DNA of 34,031 nt, from the IMG/VR virus record IMGVR_UViG_3300034116_001151, positions 1-34,031 of that record; one strand, 5' to 3'. Below, piece by piece: positions 17,453 to 26,346 of this stretch; position 1 is the stretch's first letter; every line of letters begins with the position of its first letter. The position numbers were made by a program, and so were the translations under genes. This DNA comes from a virus. Lineage: Duplodnaviria; Caudoviricetes. Under the pieces are notes generated by a model. It did no database searches. It was not told the DNA's origin and saw only the letters and a program-made list of their open reading frames with translations.

Positions 17453-20400
17453 ATGAGCAACGCAAAGAATATTTTTGATTCTAACGGAGCACCTACCCCA
17501 ATAAAAGTTAAATATTCGAATTCCTACGACAACACAACCGTAAACAATTCAGGTATTTCTGCTAAAAAAGGTTTAAATGGAGCAGTGAGTCCGTCCAGTG
17601 AAGCATCTTTATCGACGTTGCGCTATTGGTCTGTGAGACACCTTTACTATTCTAATTTCCTTACTGGATCTCTAAACTCAACCGGATCGGCTAACATAAA
17701 CTCTTTACAATCTACCGCGGCTTCTGGAAGTGGAGACGAAGACATTAGAATTTTTCCAACAGGATCTAATGAAAAGGTAAAAATTATTTCTATTCCTAGA
17801 ACTGTTGCTGGAGAAAACATTGCAAGAAAAAGTTTCCAATTGTTAGCAGCAGATGGAATTAGCTATAAATTGATAGACGATGGTAATGGAAATGTAGTAG
17901 ATGCTTTCAATGGCTACGTTCACGTTGGTAATATTATTTATCCTCAAGCTACCATAATAGTTACCAATTCTAATTACTACTGTGTAATGGATGGTGGACC
18001 AGACGTAACCAACAAGTATTATACTTTCGATATAAGTCAAAATCCCAAAACTTTTAATCCACTATCTGACGCTGTAGGGGATTGTGCTCCTATAAACAGT
18101 GGATCTTTATCTTTATACAGTTATTTCAATACTCCTTTTCCTAGCGTAAGTATTAATACCGTTAACGCAAATGTTACTTTAAGCGAAACTGATCTTAGGA
18201 CAAATCAGGTCGGAGTTTACAATTCCTTCTTCGACGTAAAATCTGTTGCTCCTTACTACGCTCCTTCTGATCCTGGTAAAATTCAACTTACTATCACTGA
18301 CTGTAAAATTAGAGGGGTATCTGCCACAAGTCTAGACATTACTCCTACTTACCAAACAGTTAATGTAAAAGCAACAGCCATTGGCGCTAGCACAGATTAC
18401 TTCAACGTGTATTACGACGTTACTAGCAGTGTTGGTAATCTAATTCCTGCAGTTGATATTAATGGAAATCAAGTATCTCCAATAATAGGGTCTCAACTAA
18501 CTAACGGAATTGGTTTAGATTTAAAGGTTACCATAGACGCAAACTATTTTTACTTTTACGATTTGGGAGGAGTATGTAATGCAGTAGCAACTCAAGTAAA
18601 TATTCCAGGAGTTTCTCCAACGCCTACTCAAACACCTACTAAGACTCCATCTAATACTCCAAGTGTTACTGCGACTCCAAGTACGACTCAAACTCCGTCT
18701 AATACTCCAAGTATAACCGCTTCTAGTACGCCTAGCGCAACGCCTTCAAATACTCCAAGCATTACTGCAACAGCAACTCCAAGTAATACAGCGTCTATTA
18801 CTCCTACTCAAACTCCAAGTAATACCGCAACCGCTAGTCAAACTCCTAGTATTACTGCCACACCTACACAGACCGCTTCAAATACTCCGAGTCAAACACC
18901 AAGTACTACTCAAACACCAAGTAATACGCCGAGTCAAACTGCTTCGAATACCCCAAGTATTACAGCTAGTCAAACGCCTACACAAACTCCATCTAATACG
19001 CCAAGTATTACAGCGACTCCTACTCAAACTCCAAGTAATACGCCGAGTAATACTGCAACGCCTACTCAAACTCCGTCTAATACGGCGAGTATTACCGCGA
19101 CGCCTAGTCAAACGCCTACTCAAACACCAAGCAATACTCCAAGCATTACTCAAACTCCAAGCAATACTCCAAGTATTACAGCTACGCAAACACCAAGCAA
19201 TACTCAAACTCCTAGTAAAACCCCGAGTAATACTGCAACGCCTAGTAAAACTCCAAGTAATACGCCAAGTACTACACAAACGCCAAGCAATACGCCTAGC
19301 GTAACTAGTACTCAAACGCCGAGTCAAACTCCAAGCTCTCCAGGTTTGGCTTTCTTTACAGATACTACTAGTGGTGGTAGTGGTAACGGTCAATACGTTG
19401 ATTTTACTAGCGCTTGTAGAAACGGAGTACCGAATACAAACAAGTACCTAAGACCTGGTTTATCTGCTCCTGCTATTTCTGAATACGTTTATAACGAACC
19501 AAGTTTAACAACTTTTTATAATGGTGGTACCAGCTATCACTTGATGTTTAGAGGAAGTACTTATTGGGCCGTTAAGATTGGAGCTGTTGGTCAAATTTTA
19601 GATGTAGTAGATTGTTCTACTGTGCCTTCTCAAACACCTACTCCAACAGTAACTCAAACGCCAAGTAATACTCCATCAATTACGCCTTCTACTATTATGT
19701 ACACAGTGAAGTACGCTCCGTTTACTTCTGGAGGTCTTGCTGGATGTAGCTCTGGTTCTACTGTATCTATTAGCTTTAATAGCGGAACTTTCTGTACTGC
19801 AACATTTATTAATGGTGCTGGATTAGCTGCTATACCTGCAGGAAACTATACATTCTCTTACGGAGGTCAATTCATAAACGTTACTTTAAATGGAACCACT
19901 ACCGGTGAAGTTTATAGCTTTGGATGTACTGTATGTCCTAGTCCTAGCGTTACGCCTACTATCACAGCGAGTCCGACCCCTACGACAGTAATTTACCCAG
20001 TTAGTTATGCGCCGTTTGCTTCTGGAGCCAGCGCAGCGTGCGTAGCTGGTAATACTCTTAACGTCGCTTTCAATACAGGTAATTTCTGTACAGCTACTTC
20101 AGTTACAGGCGCTGGATTGGCCGCTTTACCTGCAGGAAATTATTACTTCGCTAGCAATGGTAATACAATAAATGTTACATTAAACGGAACAACTACAGGT
20201 GTGATTTATAGTACTGGTTGTCAACTTTGTCCTAGTCCTACACCAACATCAACAGCAACGCCTCCGGCCACTCCTTCGAATACTGCGACTCCTCCAAATA
20301 CTCCGTCTTCTACTTCTCCTGGCGTATCATTTGGAAGATCTACTGATACTTACCTTACTACTTACTTGACTTGCCAAGGTATTCCGGCCTTAACCGTATA

Positions 20401-22027
20401 TCAACCGCCTGTTAATGGTACCGTACCTACTGTTGGAGCTCAATTATATACTAATTCTACGCTTACCACAACATGGACTCCGCTTACTACTTCAGGTTAT
20501 TACTATTTCTTTAGAAGTACTTTAGGATATGCTGTGACTGTTAACTCTTTTGGTGCTATCCTTTCAGTGATTGCTTGTGCTGATCTTCCTTCGCAAACGC
20601 CTTCGATGACTCCAACCAAGACACCAAGTAATACTGCTACTCCGCCTGTAACGCCTAGTCAGACCGCATCAGTTACTCCACCAGTAACACCTACTAAAAC
20701 GCCTTCTAATACTGTTAGTGGTACTCCTGCTGTGACTCCAAGTATTACTAGAACACCTAACAATACACCGAGCGTTAGTAATATTCCTCAAGGATTCGCT
20801 ATAGATTTAACAGGCTATACAAACGAAACAGATACTTGTAGAAATGGAGAACAATTCCCTCTTGATACTTATTACATGGCTCCATCATATACGGTTCCTA
20901 CAGTAGGTCAATTCGTATATAGCGATTATCAATTATATACTACGTACAATGGTAATTCTCAATACCACTTAATGAGAAGAAGTACCACTACTTGGGCTGT
21001 ATTGATTGCGTTCTCAGGTCAAATTCAAAGAGTAGTAGATTGTTCTACGATACCTTCTAACCCAGCTACGCCTTCTAAAACACCATCAAGTACTCCGCCT
21101 AGTACACCACCTAATACACCTGCTAGTACGCCACCTAATACACCATCGTCAACAACTCCTAGCATATCATTTGGAAAATCTACTAGCACTTACGCAACTA
21201 CTTACTTGGCTTGTGACGGCGGTACTATAACCGGGGTGATATATCAATCACCGGCTTTTGGAACAACTCCAACAGCAGGAGCTCAATTATATACTGATTC
21301 TGCGCTTACCGCAACTTGGACGCCACCATCAACATCAGGATTTTACTTATTCCAATACGGCGGTAGTACTAAATGGGCAGTAATAATGAGCGCTGGCGGC
21401 GTTGTTAATACCGTTACAAGTTGTGCTACTCTTCCTTCTCAAACTCCTACACCTAGCATAACTACACCAGCTTCTGGATTTGGATATATAGGAGGATACG
21501 GTAATGCTACTGATGCTTGTAGAGGTAGTGCGCCTACGGGAACTATGTACACATCTCCTGGTACTAATGTTATCATGGTAGGAACTCAATTCTATAATAA
21601 TTCTGCTTTAACTCAAACTTTCCCTGGTAACAACGTTTGGTATAAAGTAGTAAAAGGCGGTAGCACTTGGGCAGCTTATATTGATGCTAGCGGTATAGTT
21701 CAAAATTATACAGATTGTACGGCTATACCTTCTCAAACTCCTACGCCTCCAACAACTCCGTGTGCTACGCCTGCAGCGCTATACGATTACTATCTAATGA
21801 CTGAATATCAGTGTAGTGGATTAGCTTGTGCTACTACTGGACTAGAAGCAATATGTGCTTTCCCAGCTGGAACTGGCATAAATCCTAATAGATTTTATTT
21901 ACCTACTTCATTTCCTGATATAGCCTATAAATACATTACAGAAGCTGGCGCACAGACAGCTGTTATTATGGGTACAACAGCCTATGTTAATTGCGCAGCT
22001 GCATTAGGATGCGGAGCAGAAGTATAA
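17453..22027 (+). CDS. 1524-aa mucin-like virion appendage/adhesin: baseplate-type N-terminus, S/T/P stalk, repeated Cys-containing domains
   Basis: Lies at the end of the baseplate module with no signal peptide. About 243-aa S/T/P tract, five copies of one domain, two copies of another, joined by TPS linkers. Confidence 0.75.
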   Translation: MSNAKNIFDSNGAPTPIKVKYSNSYDNTTVNNSGISAKKGLNGAVSPSSEASLSTLRYWSVRHLYYSNFLTGSLNSTGSANINSLQSTAASGSGDEDIRIFPTGSNEKVKIISIPRTVAGENIARKSFQLLAADGISYKLIDDGNGNVVDAFNGYVHVGNIIYPQATIIVTNSNYYCVMDGGPDVTNKYYTFDISQNPKTFNPLSDAVGDCAPINSGSLSLYSYFNTPFPSVSINTVNANVTLSETDLRTNQVGVYNSFFDVKSVAPYYAPSDPGKIQLTITDCKIRGVSATSLDITPTYQTVNVKATAIGASTDYFNVYYDVTSSVGNLIPAVDINGNQVSPIIGSQLTNGIGLDLKVTIDANYFYFYDLGGVCNAVATQVNIPGVSPTPTQTPTKTPSNTPSVTATPSTTQTPSNTPSITASSTPSATPSNTPSITATATPSNTASITPTQTPSNTATASQTPSITATPTQTASNTPSQTPSTTQTPSNTPSQTASNTPSITASQTPTQTPSNTPSITATPTQTPSNTPSNTATPTQTPSNTASITATPSQTPTQTPSNTPSITQTPSNTPSITATQTPSNTQTPSKTPSNTATPSKTPSNTPSTTQTPSNTPSVTSTQTPSQTPSSPGLAFFTDTTSGGSGNGQYVDFTSACRNGVPNTNKYLRPGLSAPAISEYVYNEPSLTTFYNGGTSYHLMFRGSTYWAVKIGAVGQILDVVDCSTVPSQTPTPTVTQTPSNTPSITPSTIMYTVKYAPFTSGGLAGCSSGSTVSISFNSGTFCTATFINGAGLAAIPAGNYTFSYGGQFINVTLNGTTTGEVYSFGCTVCPSPSVTPTITASPTPTTVIYPVSYAPFASGASAACVAGNTLNVAFNTGNFCTATSVTGAGLAALPAGNYYFASNGNTINVTLNGTTTGVIYSTGCQLCPSPTPTSTATPPATPSNTATPPNTPSSTSPGVSFGRSTDTYLTTYLTCQGIPALTVYQPPVNGTVPTVGAQLYTNSTLTTTWTPLTTSGYYYFFRSTLGYAVTVNSFGAILSVIACADLPSQTPSMTPTKTPSNTATPPVTPSQTASVTPPVTPTKTPSNTVSGTPAVTPSITRTPNNTPSVSNIPQGFAIDLTGYTNETDTCRNGEQFPLDTYYMAPSYTVPTVGQFVYSDYQLYTTYNGNSQYHLMRRSTTTWAVLIAFSGQIQRVVDCSTIPSNPATPSKTPSSTPPSTPPNTPASTPPNTPSSTTPSISFGKSTSTYATTYLACDGGTITGVIYQSPAFGTTPTAGAQLYTDSALTATWTPPSTSGFYLFQYGGSTKWAVIMSAGGVVNTVTSCATLPSQTPTPSITTPASGFGYIGGYGNATDACRGSAPTGTMYTSPGTNVIMVGTQFYNNSALTQTFPGNNVWYKVVKGGSTWAAYIDASGIVQNYTDCTAIPSQTPTPPTTPCATPAALYDYYLMTEYQCSGLACATTGLEAICAFPAGTGINPNRFYLPTSFPDIAYKYITEAGAQTAVIMGTTAYVNCAAALGCGAEV
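18614..19342 (+). repeat. degenerate coding repeat for a strict (S/T)-X dipeptide tract (TPSN/TPTQ/TPSI units)
   Basis: Recurrent ACTCCAAGTAAT-like 12-mers with varied synonymous codons. Every odd residue of the tract is Ser or Thr. Confidence 0.95.
19343..21724 (+). repeat. five dispersed copies of an about 85-93-aa two-Cys domain (about 19343-19621, 20321-20584, 20792-21049, 21161-21430, 21473-21724)
   Basis: Shared pattern F...(A/T)C...P(T/A)xG.x(V/L/F)Y....L......(W/Y)A(V/A)....G.(I/V)....C followed by PSQTP or PSNP. Confidence 0.85.
19697..20230 (+). repeat. two copies of an 80-aa four-Cys domain (about 19697-19936 and 19991-20230)
   Basis: YAPFTSG..AGC..FNSGTFCTAT..GAGLAAIPAGNY..INVTLNGTTTG..GCTVC versus YAPFASG..AAC..FNTGNFCTAT..GAGLAALPAGNY..INVTLNGTTTG..GCQLC. 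Confidence 0.9.
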
Positions 22028-22038
22028 ATTTAAAAAAT

Positions 22039-22206
22039 ATGAATAATTATCAGATAACTTTAACGTATACTCTTGAAGATAACCGAGTAATTAAGATTAA
22101 ATACATAACACCCGCAAACACTTACGAAGAAGCTGTATTACTAGTAAGGGAAAAGGGAGAAGAGCGACAAAGAATAATGGGAGGTCATATAGAATCTATA
22201 AGTTAA
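22039..22206 (+). CDS. small hypothetical protein (55 aa)
   Basis: ATG at 22039 (MNNYQITLTY) after an A-rich leader. Avoids the overlap implied by the 21991 start. Confidence 0.55.
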   Translation: MNNYQITLTYTLEDNRVIKIKYITPANTYEEAVLLVREKGEERQRIMGGHIESIS

Positions 22207-22259
22207 TATCACTATAAAGATAAAATAAAAAATATAGAATAAAAGTTTTAAATTAAGTT

Positions 22260-23516
22260 ATGGCCAAAATATTTGTTTCGATAGCTGCATATAGAGACCC
22301 GGAACTTTTACCCACTTTAAAGGACTTAATAGCCAACGCAAAAAATCCAAAAGATTTGGTGATTTGTATTGCTTGGCAACACGCAGAAGAGGACACTTGG
22401 GACACTCTAGAAAAATACAAAAAAGATAAACGATTTAAGATAATTGACATTCCTTACCAAGAAGCCAAAGGAGTTTGTCACGCTAGAAATTTAATACAAC
22501 AACAATACGACGGAGAAGATTATTACTTTCAACTAGATTCTCATCATAGATTTATTAAGGATTGGGATAAAGAGTTGAAAGAGATGATTAGCTATCTTCA
22601 GTGTAGAGGATACTATAAACCAATACTATCCACTTATTTGCCTTCGTACTTTCCAGAAAGCGATCCTAAAGGCAGGTTAGAAGAGGTTTGGAGTTTGAAT
22701 ATAGACAGATTCATGCCAGCCGGCGCCATATTTTTGAGACCTCAAGGATTGGACGGATGGAGACAAATGAAAGAACCAATATTCTCTAGATTTTTATCAG
22801 CTCACTTTATATTTACTATTGGTAAATTTGTAACAGAAGTTCCTTACGATCCTAATTTGTATTTTCACGGAGAAGAGAGTTCTTTGGCCGCAAGAGCTTA
22901 TACGCATGGATACGATTTATTTAATCCTCATAAAGTTTATGCTTGGCACGAATACACCAGAGAGGGAAAGAAAAAACATTGGGACGATAGTCAAGATTGG
23001 AAAGCCAAAGACGACGCATCTTACGCAAGATTTAGAAAGCTATTTGGTATGGACCCCGGTTGCACTCCTTGTCAAAGAAAGCTATTAGGACCTTACGGAT
23101 TTGGAATGGTAAGAACTTTAGAAGCCTTTGAAAGATATGCGGGTTTAAAATTTGCTACAAGACAAATACACAAACAAACGCTATTGCACAAGCCACCTCC
23201 TATACAAGGCGATTACGAAAGCGGATTATGTAATATGATAAAAGTTTGCATAGACGTTTACAAAGGATCTTTACCAGAAACTGATTACGATTTATTTGCA
23301 GTAGCTCTTATAGATGAAAATGGAAATGATTTACATAGAAAAGATTGCAATGAATTAGAAATACGTGGATTGTTAACTACTGACGCTAACGATAAGTTTG
23401 TGCATATTTGGAGAGAATACGAAGATATACGACAACCGCATTCTTGGAGAGTTTGGCCTCATTCTAAATCAAAAGGTTGGATGGAAAAAATAGAACAAGT
23501 TATATTATATGAATAA
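22260..23516 (+). CDS. GT60-like polypeptide alpha-GlcNAc transferase (Skp1-Hyp GlcNAc-T / GlcNAc family), paralog 1
   Basis: IFVSIAAYRDPEL, GVCHAR, FQLDSHHRF..WD (DxH metal motif), LSTYLP and FHGEE...AARAYTHGYD. Confidence 0.85.
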   Translation: MAKIFVSIAAYRDPELLPTLKDLIANAKNPKDLVICIAWQHAEEDTWDTLEKYKKDKRFKIIDIPYQEAKGVCHARNLIQQQYDGEDYYFQLDSHHRFIKDWDKELKEMISYLQCRGYYKPILSTYLPSYFPESDPKGRLEEVWSLNIDRFMPAGAIFLRPQGLDGWRQMKEPIFSRFLSAHFIFTIGKFVTEVPYDPNLYFHGEESSLAARAYTHGYDLFNPHKVYAWHEYTREGKKKHWDDSQDWKAKDDASYARFRKLFGMDPGCTPCQRKLLGPYGFGMVRTLEAFERYAGLKFATRQIHKQTLLHKPPPIQGDYESGLCNMIKVCIDVYKGSLPETDYDLFAVALIDENGNDLHRKDCNELEIRGLLTTDANDKFVHIWREYEDIRQPHSWRVWPHSKSKGWMEKIEQVILYE

Positions 23517-24783
23517 AAATAAAGAAACAATATTAATTCATCTGCCCTCTTATAGAGACCCAGAATTAATACCAACAATTAAGGACGCTTTAGCAAATGC
23601 TAAGTACCCAAAAAGAGTACACTTCGGTATCTGTAGACAATACTGTGAAACAGATGAGTTCGACAATCTTGATGAATACAGAGAAGATTCAAGATTTCAC
23701 ATAATGGATGTGCCTTACAAAGAAGCCGAAGGATTACCATGGGCAAGAGCTCAAATCAACGAGAAACTTTTAACTGATCAGGATTATATACTACAATTAG
23801 ATTCTCATCATCGATTCGAAAAGGATTGGGATGTTACCTTAATAGACATGCACAATGGACTAGAGAAGCAGGGATACAAACCTATTCTTGCTGGTTATTT
23901 ACCTCTGTACGATCCATACAACGATCCTCAAGGAAGAGCTGATGTACCATGGCAACAACAATTCGTTTGCTTCTATCCTCATGGTACCATATTCATCAGA
24001 CCAGCTTTGTTAGAAGGTTGGCAAGATATGACAGAACCAGCGATGTCCAGATTTTTATCAGGTCATTTCTGTTTTGCTAGATCAGAATGGGCTAGAGAAA
24101 TCAAACACGATCCAAACATTTACTTTAGCGGAGAGGAGATTAATCTTACCGTGCGCTCCTATACTCATGGTTACGATATGTTCCATCCTCATAGAATTGT
24201 TATTTGGCACTCAACAATGCGCGAAGAAAGAAGCGGGATTCTCAAATGGGACGACGATTCAAAGAACGGAATTGACTGGTCAAAAAAACAATCCGACTCA
24301 CGCAAAAGAATTAGAGTTTTATTGGGTTCAGAAGAAGATGCTACTATGGATTTAACTGGTTACGATATTGGTAAAGTTAGAACTGTTAGAGATTACGAGA
24401 AATATGCAGGTGTTGATTTTAAAAGAAGAGCTGTTCAACAATACACTTTGGACAACAAGTATCCACCAAATCCTTATATAGAGAACGACGAATTATGGGA
24501 ACAATCTTTTACTAGATCTTTTTATTATTTAGTAAATGTGAACAAGCATGACTTCTCTAGAAACGATTATAAGTTTGTATTAGTTGCATTCGATGATGAG
24601 AATGGAATTTCAATTAACAGTGAATTCGTAGACGATGGTAGAATACAACAATTTAACGAAGGCATAAATATACATTACGAAAAACATTTTTTAATTACCA
24701 AGAAGCCTACAAAAGTAGTGTATTGGGCATTTAGTGAAGCTGGAGGATGGGGAGAAAGGGTCGAAGCATTACTACAAGATTAA
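23509..24783 (+). CDS. GT60-like polypeptide alpha-GlcNAc transferase, paralog 2
   Basis: LPSYRDPEL, GLPWAR, LQLDSHHRF..WD and FSGEE...VRSYTHGYD. Colinear with paralog 1, including the extra C-terminal domain. Confidence 0.85.
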   Translation: MNKNKETILIHLPSYRDPELIPTIKDALANAKYPKRVHFGICRQYCETDEFDNLDEYREDSRFHIMDVPYKEAEGLPWARAQINEKLLTDQDYILQLDSHHRFEKDWDVTLIDMHNGLEKQGYKPILAGYLPLYDPYNDPQGRADVPWQQQFVCFYPHGTIFIRPALLEGWQDMTEPAMSRFLSGHFCFARSEWAREIKHDPNIYFSGEEINLTVRSYTHGYDMFHPHRIVIWHSTMREERSGILKWDDDSKNGIDWSKKQSDSRKRIRVLLGSEEDATMDLTGYDIGKVRTVRDYEKYAGVDFKRRAVQQYTLDNKYPPNPYIENDELWEQSFTRSFYYLVNVNKHDFSRNDYKFVLVAFDDENGISINSEFVDDGRIQQFNEGINIHYEKHFLITKKPTKVVYWAFSEAGGWGERVEALLQD

Positions 24784-24802
24784 CAATTAAACAAAAAAAC
24801 AT

Positions 24803-25399
24803 ATGAAAAAAGTATTTTTAGATTTTGGATTTAGATACGGAGAAGGATTCGAAATAATAAACGATTATCTTCAAATGGATTCTACTTGGGAAATGATAGC
24901 GTACGAACCCAACACTGAAATAGCTGTAGAAGAAGCCATAGAAAAATTGAATGCGCCTTGTAAAGTTGAGTATAGAAAGCAAGCAGTTTGGGTATACAAT
25001 GGAACTATAGAGTTTTTGGTAGAAGACAAAAGAGAGCGGTATAAAGGTCATCAAATACCAGAAACCGAAGAAGGCTTGTTTGAAGGAGAAGCATCGCACA
25101 TATCAATATTGTCTTCTAGAAATTCTAATATGTGCACAAAGAAAGTAGAAGTGCCTTGCGTTGATATAAAAACTATTTTAGAAGAACACAGAGGAAAAGA
25201 GATTTATATAAAAGCAGATATCGAAGGTGCAGAATTTGAGATAGTAAAAAGAATCATTAGTGAAAATCTATGTTCTGATATTAAGTTAATGTGGATTGAA
25301 TGGCATCCTGACGATTTAGGTCCTGACTATGAAAGTTTAAGGGTTGAATTAATAGACACTCTAAGAAAAAATGGAGTACGAAACGAACTTTGGCACTAA
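24803..25399 (+). CDS. FkbM-family SAM-dependent methyltransferase
   Basis: FLDFG..YG, AYEPN, AVW and IKADIEGAEF...IEWH. Confidence 0.85.
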   Translation: MKKVFLDFGFRYGEGFEIINDYLQMDSTWEMIAYEPNTEIAVEEAIEKLNAPCKVEYRKQAVWVYNGTIEFLVEDKRERYKGHQIPETEEGLFEGEASHISILSSRNSNMCTKKVEVPCVDIKTILEEHRGKEIYIKADIEGAEFEIVKRIISENLCSDIKLMWIEWHPDDLGPDYESLRVELIDTLRKNGVRNELWH

Positions 25400-26346
25400 T
25401 GAAAAAAATTAAATTAGAATGTTGGTGGACAGATTCAGGCAATTTAACTCGTAGATTTTTAGAACAGTTTGTGCCTGATATTGATAGAGAAAATTATGAA
25501 TTTGTTTACGGAGAAGAATACGATTATCTTATTGTTTTTGGTAGAACTAATTGGGAAAATATAAAAGTTTCTAAAGAAAAAGTTTTATTCTTTTCTCAAG
25601 AACCTTTGTGGTCTCATAACGAAACAAAAGAGATTCATCAATACTCTGATAAAATATTTGTAGCCGATAAAAGACTGTATCCAGAAAGTGACTCTTACAA
25701 AGAAGAATTATTTCCCATGTTTTACGGAGCAAAGGGTGAATACGATTCAAGACCAGAATTTGATTGGTCCAAAAAAATATTTGAATCAGATCTTTCTCAA
25801 ACTAAAACGAAGAGCGTTAGTATGGTTGTTACCAAAAACTATAATTCTCACGTTGATCAATTTAATAGACCGGAATTCTTCGATATCATATACAAAAAAA
25901 GAACTGATCTAGGCATTGCGCTTTCAGAAGTATTGCCTCAAGTGGATATTTGGGGAGTGTATTGGGAAAATAATGATATCAATCTACACGGAGAAGCGTG
26001 GAACAAAAGAGTGGCTTTGAACGATCATAAGTTCTCAATTGCCTGCGAAAACACAGTACAAAAAAATTACATAAGCGAAAAGTTTTGGGACTGCATTTTA
26101 ACTGAAACAGTACCCATATATTTGGGATGCAACAATATTTATGAACTGGTACCTCAAGACAGTTTCATCTACTTAAATCCTGATAAGGACAATATGGATC
26201 AAATAATCTCTACAATAAAAGAAGTCGAAGCTAACGCAGACGCTTTGTACGAAATGTACTTACCAAAAATAAAGGCACTAAAACAGGAATTTATTCACGG
26301 AACAAAATATAATCTTTGGAATAAGATTAAAAGCGAAATAGCATGA
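25399..26346 (+). CDS. GT10 alpha-1,3/4-fucosyltransferase-like glycosyltransferase
   Basis: KFSIACENTVQKNYISEKFWDCILTETVPIYLG is the GT10 signature. ATG at 25399 overlaps the previous TAA (TAATG). Confidence 0.85.
   Translation: MKKIKLECWWTDSGNLTRRFLEQFVPDIDRENYEFVYGEEYDYLIVFGRTNWENIKVSKEKVLFFSQEPLWSHNETKEIHQYSDKIFVADKRLYPESDSYKEELFPMFYGAKGEYDSRPEFDWSKKIFESDLSQTKTKSVSMVVTKNYNSHVDQFNRPEFFDIIYKKRTDLGIALSEVLPQVDIWGVYWENNDINLHGEAWNKRVALNDHKFSIACENTVQKNYISEKFWDCILTETVPIYLGCNNIYELVPQDSFIYLNPDKDNMDQIISTIKEVEANADALYEMYLPKIKALKQEFIHGTKYNLWNKIKSEIA

Noticed and set aside
18614-19342. Possible CRISPR array or non-coding tandem repeat
   Set aside because: The units are degenerate multiples of 6 nt, in frame within a long ORF, with no constant repeat plus unique spacer structure.
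18614-19342. Ice-binding or ice-nucleation TxT beta-solenoid
   Set aside because: The tract is very Pro-rich and lacks the Gly-containing fixed-length coils such solenoids need. An extended stalk is more plausible.
18878-19393. 171-aa antisense ORF rich in W/R/S
   Set aside because: It is a shadow of the TPS repeat on the opposite strand and has no independent coding signal.
19697-20230. Diversity-generating retroelement template/variable repeat pair
   Set aside because: The two copies differ at all base types, both are coding, and no reverse transcriptase is in the window.
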